The notes under the pieces were generated by a model that saw nothing but the letters and a program-made list of their open reading frames with translations, searched no databases and was not told the DNA's origin. 64,000 nt of DNA from Amnibacterium sp. (GTDB taxonomy: Bacteria > Actinomycetota > Actinomycetes > Actinomycetales > Microbacteriaceae). The translations under genes were made by a program, and so were the position numbers. Position 1 is the stretch's first letter. Each line of letters opens with the position of its first letter. This document shows, piece by piece, positions 57,460 to 64,000 of the stretch. The stretch lies in contig JAICSU010000001.1 of the NCBI GenBank assembly GCA_025936735.1, forward strand, positions 4,352 to 68,351, written 5' to 3'.

Positions 57460-57999
57460 GTGGTCGTGCGCGAGGAGAAGGGGCGTCCCGGGCGGGACGC
57501 GCACGCCCTCGTCTTCACCACCGCCTACCGCCGGTTCTCGCCCGCAGTTCTCGGCTACCTCCGAGCGAGGGGTGTCGACGACGCCGAGGCGGTCACCCAG
57601 GACGTGTTCCTGGCGCTCTATCCGCGTCTGGCGGACCTCACAGGAGGGATCGAGGGGATGCGCACCCTGCTGTTCTCGATCGCCCACGCCCGCGCCGTCG
57701 ACCACCACCGCTCCCGGGGGCGTTCGCCGCAGCTCGTCGAGTACGTGCCCGACGAGGACCTGCGGACGACCGCGTCCGCGGAGGACGACCTGCTCGCGTC
57801 CGACCACGGCGTGCTCGCCCATCTCGCCGACCTGAGCGACGAGCACCGCGAGGTGCTCGCCCTCCGCGTCGTCGCGGACCTGTCGCTCGACGCGACCGCG
57901 CGCGTGATGCAGCGATCGCCCGGCGCCGTCAAGCAGCTGCAACGTCGCGCGCTGCTCGCGCTCCGTGAGCGGATCCCGGCCAGGGAGGTACTCGCATGA
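57460..57999 (+). CDS. ECF-type RNA polymerase sigma factor
   Basis: DAEAVTQDVFL, LFSIAHARAVDHHR, LSDEHREVLALRV..GAVKQLQRRAL. Confidence 0.9.
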   Translation: MVVREEKGRPGRDAHALVFTTAYRRFSPAVLGYLRARGVDDAEAVTQDVFLALYPRLADLTGGIEGMRTLLFSIAHARAVDHHRSRGRSPQLVEYVPDEDLRTTASAEDDLLASDHGVLAHLADLSDEHREVLALRVVADLSLDATARVMQRSPGAVKQLQRRALLALRERIPAREVLA

Positions 58000-58673
58000 C
58001 CACGACCGACGCCCTCCTCGCCCTCCTCGAGGAGAGCGAGGTGACCGCCGACGACGAGCTGGGCTCCCTGCTCGCCGACCTGCAGGCGCTCGGCGAGGGG
58101 CCCGTTCCCCCGCCCGGCCCGGAGCTCGCCGCGCTGCTCGTCAGCGAAGGCCGCGGCCGGCGTCGGCTGCACCGCCGCGGCGCCGTCGTCGGTGCCCTCG
58201 TCGTCCTGTCGCTCGGCACGGGTGTGACGGCGGCCGCCGCGAGTCCGGATGTCCGGGACGGCGCCGCCGGCGTCATCGCCGCCGCAGTGCACGTGCTGCG
58301 GCCGCCCGCACCGGCGCCGCACCGCACGCCCGCCCCCAGCCCGTCCGACCTGCCCGTTGGCCGTCCCTCCACGGTCTCCCCGCGAGCGGTCGCGCCGGCC
58401 GCCCCAGCAGCGGCTCATCCGTCCGTGCCCGGCGACGGCCACGGCCGCGCCGAGGACGGCGCGCGCCGGAGCACCGGAGCGAGCGAGGACCACGGGCACG
58501 GGCAGTCGGGCTCCTCCGGCTCGCACGGCGCCAGCGGCTCGGGGTCCGGCTCCTCCTCGGGGTCCGGCTCCTCCTCGGGGTCCGGCCACGGCACCGGCCA
58601 CGGCTCCTCCGGGTCGAGCGGACAGGACGACGGCGGCGCGGGCGGTTCGCACCGCGGCGGGAGTGGCGACTAG
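57996..58673 (+). CDS. Putative anti-sigma factor (single TM, Gly/Ser/His-rich tail)
   Basis: ATGA-coupled to the sigma; acidic N-terminus, one TM, SGSGSS repeats (18-bp units at 58539-58586). Confidence 0.7.
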   Translation: MTTTDALLALLEESEVTADDELGSLLADLQALGEGPVPPPGPELAALLVSEGRGRRRLHRRGAVVGALVVLSLGTGVTAAAASPDVRDGAAGVIAAAVHVLRPPAPAPHRTPAPSPSDLPVGRPSTVSPRAVAPAAPAAAHPSVPGDGHGRAEDGARRSTGASEDHGHGQSGSSGSHGASGSGSGSSSGSGSSSGSGHGTGHGSSGSSGQDDGGAGGSHRGGSGD

Positions 58674-58680
58674 CCGAGCG

Positions 58681-59556
58681 TCACCCGTCCGCGGTCACGC
58701 GGGTGGTCATGGTGAGCCCGACGCCGCCCTTCTGCGGCTCGGTCGCGAACCGCACCCTCGCCTCGCCGAGCTCGGCCAGCGAGGACACGTGGGTGCCGCC
58801 GCAGGGGATGCGCACCTCGCCGTCGGGGAGTGCGCACACCCAGGTGCGCCGGCCCGAGAGGCCCTCGTCGTCCCGCTCGATGCGCACCGGTGCTCCCGAC
58901 GCGATCCACTCGCGAAGGGTGCCGTCGACGGCGGCGGCGAGCCGCTCGGTGTCGTCGAGCGCCGCAGGATCGAAGCCCTGCTTCCGCAACGACTTGCCGA
59001 TCCGGTACTCGTCCTCGGAGCCGTAGCGGCGGATGAGGGACCGCTCGATCGCCAACCGGTCGAACGCGGGCGCGGCGAGACCGTCGGTCGGCACGGGCTT
59101 CGACCACGCCGTGGCCAGGGCTCGGTCGAGCGCCAGCGACGCGAGATGGCACGCCGTGTGGCCCGCCGAGAGCGCCGCGCGCCGGTCCGTGTCGACTGCG
59201 GCCCGCACCGGCGTCCCCTCGTGGAGGTCGGTGTCCGAGGGAACGATGTGCACGACGACGAAGGTCCAGCCCTCCGTGCCGACGCGGACCGGCACGGCCT
59301 CCCCGACAGCGAGTGCGCCGCCGTCGGTCGCCCCGACCAGCACGTCGAGCACCGGCCACTCGTCCTCGCCGGCGACGAGCACGCCGCGGTCCGGGCCCTG
59401 GTCCGGCCAGGCGAGGTCGACCGGATGGAACGGGGTGCGATCGAGCACGACCGCGATCCGTCCATCGGGCAGCGCCTCCGTGTGCAGCACCACGGCGTCG
59501 GCGGCGACGGCGCCGTCGGGGAAGAGGACGATCGTGTCGGAGGCGGGAAGGGTCAC
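58681..59556 (-). CDS. AlaX-like trans-editing protein (AlaRS editing domain)
   Basis: LDRTPFHP, GHTACHL (HxxxH), CGGTH (CxxxH); leaderless TAGCGT. Confidence 0.8.
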   Translation of the reverse strand: MTLPASDTIVLFPDGAVAADAVVLHTEALPDGRIAVVLDRTPFHPVDLAWPDQGPDRGVLVAGEDEWPVLDVLVGATDGGALAVGEAVPVRVGTEGWTFVVVHIVPSDTDLHEGTPVRAAVDTDRRAALSAGHTACHLASLALDRALATAWSKPVPTDGLAAPAFDRLAIERSLIRRYGSEDEYRIGKSLRKQGFDPAALDDTERLAAAVDGTLREWIASGAPVRIERDDEGLSGRRTWVCALPDGEVRIPCGGTHVSSLAELGEARVRFATEPQKGGVGLTMTTRVTADG

Positions 59557-59630
59557 GTCCCCACGCTACTGATCCCCGCCGAGGCGGCCCGGTTCCGGGG
59601 GCACGTCCGGCCGGGCCGCCGTGCCCCTTC

Positions 59631-60338
59631 TCACTCCTCCTCGGAGCGGGGCCGATCGGGTGCTCTTCGGGACCGCCTCGTGCGGCGGCGCAACCGTTCG
59701 CGGTAGCTCGCCGGCACCATCCGGGTGGGTGACCAGGCGTCGGCGCTCGGCAGGATCCAACCCCGCCACCGGGCGAGGAGGCAGAGTCCGGCACCGACGA
59801 CGGTCGACGCCACGAGGCCGACGGTGGGGTAGCCGAGGTGGGACAGGAGCACGAGCACGCCGCTGGCGAGGATCGCGCAGGTCGCGTAGAGGGTGTTGCC
59901 GCCCAGGATGCCCGGCACGCGCCGCAGCACCACGTCACGGACCGCCCCGCCGCCCACGGCGGTCACGGTGCCCAGCAGGATCGCGGCGGGCCACCCCAGG
60001 CCGAGCGCGAGGGTCTTCTGCGCCCCGGCCGCCGCCCAGGTGCCGAGCGCGAGCGCGTCGACCACCGGCCAGACCCGTTCCCAGACCCGGCCGCGCACCC
60101 GCACCGCGTAGCTGATGGCCGCACCGGCGATCGCCGTCAGCAGGTAGGCGTAGTCGGTGAGCGCGATCGGGGGACCGTGCTGGAGCAACACGTCGCGGAT
60201 GAGGCCGCCGCCGAGTCCCGAGAGCACCGCGAGCACGGCGAAGCCGATCGGGTCGAGCTTCTCCTGGCGAGCGATGACCCCACCGAGCACGGCGTTGGTG
60301 AACACGCCGGTGAGGTCGAACACGCGGAAGACCTCCAT
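59631..60338 (-). CDS. UPF0126 / trimeric intracellular cation channel family membrane protein
   Basis: GLGGGLIRDVLL, DALALG, TAVGGGAVRDV, LYAT. Confidence 0.88.
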   Translation of the reverse strand: MEVFRVFDLTGVFTNAVLGGVIARQEKLDPIGFAVLAVLSGLGGGLIRDVLLQHGPPIALTDYAYLLTAIAGAAISYAVRVRGRVWERVWPVVDALALGTWAAAGAQKTLALGLGWPAAILLGTVTAVGGGAVRDVVLRRVPGILGGNTLYATCAILASGVLVLLSHLGYPTVGLVASTVVGAGLCLLARWRGWILPSADAWSPTRMVPASYRERLRRRTRRSRRAPDRPRSEEE

Positions 60339-60467
60339 GACCCCACCGCTCACCGGGCCTCCTCCGCGCTGTCGCTGCACACGGTAGCCCGCGGCGAACC
60401 GCGGCCGGGCTGGGCGAGGATGGGGGGAGGAGTGACGCTCCAGGACGTCCGGAACGGAGACCAGGCC

Positions 60468-61223
60468 ATGACGACCGACCTCCCCGCCGTCGGTATCCCG
60501 GTGCGGCTGCCCACGGACCAAGGCGGAGCCGGCGACGGCCCCCTCGAAGCCATCGACGAGCTGTTCGACGAGATCGTCGAGATGGTCGGGCGGGCCGGGG
60601 CGCGCCCGGTCCCTCTCGCCGCGGACCTGCGAGGCCTCGGCTCCTGCGACGCGTTCGTCGTGCCCGGCGGCGGTGATGTCGACCCGGCCCTCTACGGCGG
60701 CCCTGCCGCGGACCCCAGTCTCTCCGGCGTGAGCGCCGCGCAGGATCGGCTCGACCTCGCGGTGATCCGCTTCGCGCTGCAGCACCGGCGGCCCGTGCTC
60801 GGGATCTGCCGCGGAATGCAGCTGCTAAACGTGGTGCACGGCGGCACGCTGCACGTCGATCTCGCCGAGAGCGCGGTCGTGCATCACCTGCCGCCGGCGG
60901 GGCCCTTCGAGTTCGCCGTGCACGACGTGCGGCTCGTCGAGGGCACGCGGTGCGCCGCCTCCTACGGCTTCCGCCCCGGCATCCCGGTCACCTCGGGGCA
61001 TCACCAGGCGGTCGACCGCGTCGCGCCCGGTCTCCGTGCCGCGGCCACCGCGGCGGACGGGCTGGTGGAAGCGCTCGAGTCGACCGATCCGGAGGCCTGG
61101 GCGGTCGGGGTGCAGTGGCATCCCGAGACGGAGTCGACCGACGCCCACCTGCGCCTGCCGCTCTTCCTCGCGCTCGCGGAGGCGGCTCGATCGCACGGGC
61201 GCGCCCAGGAGCGGTCGGGATAG
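60468..61223 (+). CDS. Peptidase C26 / gamma-glutamyl-gamma-aminobutyrate hydrolase family
   Basis: PGGGDVDP, GICRGMQ, HHQAV, VQWHPE. Confidence 0.88.
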   Translation: MTTDLPAVGIPVRLPTDQGGAGDGPLEAIDELFDEIVEMVGRAGARPVPLAADLRGLGSCDAFVVPGGGDVDPALYGGPAADPSLSGVSAAQDRLDLAVIRFALQHRRPVLGICRGMQLLNVVHGGTLHVDLAESAVVHHLPPAGPFEFAVHDVRLVEGTRCAASYGFRPGIPVTSGHHQAVDRVAPGLRAAATAADGLVEALESTDPEAWAVGVQWHPETESTDAHLRLPLFLALAEAARSHGRAQERSG

Positions 61224-61274
61224 CGGAGGCAGGCCCCGTACGCCGATGCACCGTGGGTGCACTATCCTGCACGG

Positions 61275-62189
61275 ATGGGCGGTGCGGCGACAGCGACCCG
61301 GCGCCGGTCCCCCGGGGCGCCGTGGGTGCTCGCCGTCGCCGCCATGCTGTCGGTGCAGCTCGGCTCGGCGCTGTCGACCGATCTGATCGCGACGGCGGGG
61401 GCCGCGGGCACCGCGTGGCTCCGCCTCTCGGTCGGCGCGGTCGTCTTCCTCGTGATCGCCCGGCCACCGCTGCGGTCGCTGCGGCGGCGGGACCTGCCCA
61501 CGCTGCTCGGGCTCGGCGTCACGACCGGCCTGCAGACGGTCGCGTTCCTCGCCGCGATCGTCCGCATCCCTCTCGGCACCTGTGTCGCGATCGAGTTCCT
61601 CGGCCCCTTGACCGTCGCGGCCGTGCGCAGCCGGAGCGCTCGTTCGCTCGCCTGGCCGGCCCTCGCGCTGATCGGCGTCGTGCTGCTGACCTCCCCCTGG
61701 GCGGGTGCGGTCGACCTGCTCGGCGTGGTCTGGGCGGCGCTCGCCGCCGTCGGGTGGGGCGTCTACATCGTGCTGACGCAACGCGTCGGGGACCGCTTCG
61801 CCGGCATCCGAGGTCTCTCCCTCACCGTTCCGGTCGCCGCGTTGACCGCGGCCGTTGCGGGTGTTCCCGAGGCCGCCGGGCACCTGACGGCCGACGTGCT
61901 CCTCGCCGCCACCGGCCTCGCTCTCCTGCTGCCGGTGCTGCCGTACGCGCTCGAGATGCTCGCGCTGCGCCGCATGGATCCGGCCGCGTTCGGCACCCGG
62001 ATGGCGCTCGAGCCGGCCATCGGACTCGTGCTCGGGCTGCTGGTGCTGCGGCAGGTCCCCACGCTGCTCCAGGTCCTCGGCATCGTGCTCGTCGTGCTCG
62101 CGGGCGCGGGGGCGCAACGTGCGCCGGAGGCGCGGCGGCCGGATCCGGAGCGCCCGGTCGTCCCTCCCGAGCTCGACGCCCTCGGCTGA
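61275..62189 (+). CDS. EamA/RhtA-like amino-acid exporter
   Basis: SVQLGSAL, RIPLG..VAIEFLGPL, LPYALEMLALRR, ALEPA; leaderless TATCCT. Confidence 0.9.
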   Translation: MGGAATATRRRSPGAPWVLAVAAMLSVQLGSALSTDLIATAGAAGTAWLRLSVGAVVFLVIARPPLRSLRRRDLPTLLGLGVTTGLQTVAFLAAIVRIPLGTCVAIEFLGPLTVAAVRSRSARSLAWPALALIGVVLLTSPWAGAVDLLGVVWAALAAVGWGVYIVLTQRVGDRFAGIRGLSLTVPVAALTAAVAGVPEAAGHLTADVLLAATGLALLLPVLPYALEMLALRRMDPAAFGTRMALEPAIGLVLGLLVLRQVPTLLQVLGIVLVVLAGAGAQRAPEARRPDPERPVVPPELDALG

Positions 62190-62204
62190 CCGCGCCCACC
62201 GGCG

Positions 62205-62287
62205 GCACCTCAGCAGGACGAAAGCGGTTCAGCAGGACGAATCAGCCCGAAATGTCCTGCTGAAACGAGAGCGTCCTGCTGTCGTGC
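62205..62287. repeat. Nested palindromic CAGCAGGAC-family repeat, copy 4
   Basis: GCACCTCAGCAGGACG..TTCAGCAGGACG..GTCCTGCTGAA..CGTCCTGCTG. Confidence 0.8.
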
Positions 62288-62328
62288 TCGCGCGGGCGGG
62301 GACGCGGACCGGGCGGCCCGCGGCACCC

Positions 62329-62904
62329 TCAGCGGCGGGTGATCCGCCGCACCGCGTCCACCACGACGTCGCGGCCGTGCGGCTCGATGTCGAGCGCGCG
62401 GTGGATGGTCAGCCCCTCGATGAGGGCGTCCAGCATCCGGGCCGTCGTCGGATCGAAGTGCCGCTCCAGCGCGCGTCGGCTGCGCGCCATCCAGGCGTTG
62501 GTGATGTCGCGGAACCCGGGGTCGCGGGCCGCGAGGGTGTAGAGCTCGTGGGTGATCACGAGGTCGCGCGGAGTGTCGAAGACGTCCTCCGTGATGATCG
62601 CGACGACGGCGTCGGCCGCTGCCGCGGCATCCGTGGCGGCAGCCATCCGACGCTCGAACTGGTCGCTCTCCGCCGTGCCGAAGCGGGTGAACGCCTCGTG
62701 GAGCAGCTCGTTCATGCCCGTGAAGTGATACGTCATGGAGCCGAGCGGCACCCCCGCCGCCTCGGCGACGCGCCGGTGCGAGGTGCCGGCGACGCCCACC
62801 TCGGCGATCACGTCGAGGCAGGCGTCGATGATGCGATCGCGACGGCCCGGGTCGGGGCGTCGTCCGCCTTCCGGGTGCTGCTCCTCGAGCCCCGCCGTGG
62901 TCAC
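62329..62904 (-). CDS. TetR-family transcriptional regulator
   Basis: DPGRRDRII..SHRRVAEAAGVPLGSMTYHF; GTGA overlap with the acetyltransferase. Confidence 0.88.
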   Translation of the reverse strand: MTTAGLEEQHPEGGRRPDPGRRDRIIDACLDVIAEVGVAGTSHRRVAEAAGVPLGSMTYHFTGMNELLHEAFTRFGTAESDQFERRMAAATDAAAAADAVVAIITEDVFDTPRDLVITHELYTLAARDPGFRDITNAWMARSRRALERHFDPTTARMLDALIEGLTIHRALDIEPHGRDVVVDAVRRITRR

Positions 62905-63482
62905 GGGATCGTCCGCAGCACGCGGGCCGGGTTGCCGACGGCCAGCACGTTCGCCGGGATGTCGCGGGTGACGACGGCGCCCGCGCCGATCACGCTGTGG
63001 TCCCCGATCGTCACCCCCGGGCACACGATCACCCCGCCGCCGAGCCAGACGTTGTTCCCGATCGTGATCGGCCTCGCCGCCTCGAGGCGGTCGCGGCGCG
63101 GCTCCGGGTCGATCGGGTGGACCGGCGTCAGCAGCTGCACGTTCGGGCCGATCTGGCAGTCCTCCCCGACGGTGATGGGCGCGACGTCGAGGGCGGTCAG
63201 GTTGACGTTCACGAACGTGCGCGCGCCGATCGAGATGTGCTCGCCGTAGTCGACGTGGAGCGGCGGCTTGATGAAGGCGTCCTCGCCAAGGTGCCCGATG
63301 AGCTCGGCGAGGATCGGGAGGGCGGCCCGCTCGTCCTCGATCGACGCGATGCGGTACCGCTCCGCCAGTCGCACCGCGCGCTGCGCCCGTCGGGCGTTCT
63401 CGGGGTCGTCCGCGATGTACCAGTCCCCGGCGAGCATCCGCTCGCGGTTCGTGCGCCGGTCACCGGCGAAGTGGTCCGTCAT
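62901..63482 (-). CDS. Sugar (maltose/galactoside) O-acetyltransferase
   Basis: RMLAGDWY, DYG, hexapeptide repeats, GNPARV; GGAGG RBS. Confidence 0.92.
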   Translation of the reverse strand: MTDHFAGDRRTNRERMLAGDWYIADDPENARRAQRAVRLAERYRIASIEDERAALPILAELIGHLGEDAFIKPPLHVDYGEHISIGARTFVNVNLTALDVAPITVGEDCQIGPNVQLLTPVHPIDPEPRRDRLEAARPITIGNNVWLGGGVIVCPGVTIGDHSVIGAGAVVTRDIPANVLAVGNPARVLRTIP

Positions 63483-63499
63483 CCGCAGCCTCCGGCATG

Positions 63500-63540
63500 A
63501 GTGTACGAGCGTACGCAGCGCGTGCGTACGACCGTACACT
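63500..63540. promoter_or_regulatory. Double palindromic operator spanning divergent TACACT -10 boxes
   Basis: AGTGTACGAGCGTACGCA-GCGCG-TGCGTACGACCGTACACT; arms 16/18 complementary. Confidence 0.7.
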
Positions 63541-63546
63541 GGGGAG

Positions 63547-64000
63547 GTGGCCGCCGATCTCTCCCCTTCGCTCGCCCCGTCCGTGCCGAAGGCGCTGCCG
63601 TCGCTCACCGCCTGGCGGAACGCGGTCTTCGTCGTGTTCGGGCTGGAGGGCTTCGCGTTCGCGAGCTGGGCGAGCCGCGTGCCGCAGGTGCGGGACATCC
63701 TCCACGCGAGCACGGCCGAGATGGGGCTGGTGCTCGGCGGTCTCGCCGTCGGTGCCGTCGGCGGTCTGCTGGCCTCGAGCCACATCGTCAGCTGGCTCGG
63801 TGCGAGCCACACGATCCGGGTGCTCTACTGCCTCGCCTCGGTCGGGCTGCTCGGCGCCGGAGCGGTCGTCGCGTTCGCCCCGAGCCTGCCGGCGCTCGTC
63901 GTGCTCCTCGCCGTGTTCGGCGCGGGTTCCAGCATCGTCGACGTCGCGATGAACCTGTCGGGTGCGGCGAACGAGCGGGCGATCGGCCGCACGCTCATGC
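63547..64000 (+). CDS. MFS transporter, N-terminal part (runs off window)
   Basis: WRNAVFVVFGLEGFAFASWASRVP..EMGLVL..DVAMN..ERAIGRTLM; leaderless TACACT + 6 nt + GTG. Confidence 0.85.
   Translation, partial: MAADLSPSLAPSVPKALPSLTAWRNAVFVVFGLEGFAFASWASRVPQVRDILHASTAEMGLVLGGLAVGAVGGLLASSHIVSWLGASHTIRVLYCLASVGLLGAGAVVAFAPSLPALVVLLAVFGAGSSIVDVAMNLSGAANERAIGRTLM

Noticed and set aside
60339-60467. Glycine riboswitch upstream of UPF0126
   Set aside because: No GGAGA...CCGAAG...CUCUCAGG aptamer pattern on the minus strand
1-64000. tRNA, rRNA, IS, integrase, prophage or anti-phage defence genes
   Set aside because: No recognisable signatures seen by eye; a dedicated search was not possible

Overview
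64-kb chromosomal window from a very high-GC actinobacterium; gene content and leaderless TANNNT promoters suggest Microbacteriaceae. It holds about 64 credible CDSs and no recognisable rRNA, tRNA, CRISPR array, transposase, integrase or phage genes. Content: a hexuronate operon (uxaC, uxuB-like, manD, 2 TIM-barrel epimerases, 2 Gfo/Idh/MocA); an XRE-B3/4-PaiB operon; a probable TetR regulon for an unknown phosphodiester/glycoside (2 paralogous ABC binding proteins, 2 GDPDs, ADP-ribosylglycohydrolase, YcjQ/YcjR-like pair, orphan protein, with a shared 23-bp operator at three promoters); GH42; a Mo-oxidoreductase; a tetronate (DUF1537/DenD) cluster; two Amidase_6 paralogues; LCP; GH15; VIT1 under a yybP-ykoY Mn riboswitch; an ECF sigma cassette; and an AlaX-like editing protein. 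Best novel candidate: a His/Met-rich membrane protein ending in an RGPP ribosome-arrest-like motif directly upstream of ycnI. Its arrest and stop codons can base-pair with the ycnI translation-initiation region, suggesting copper-sensing translational attenuation. Four copies of a fixed-geometry ~85-bp nested palindrome and a second REP-like palindrome lie in intergenic regions. All calls were made by eye from motifs; no database searches were run.
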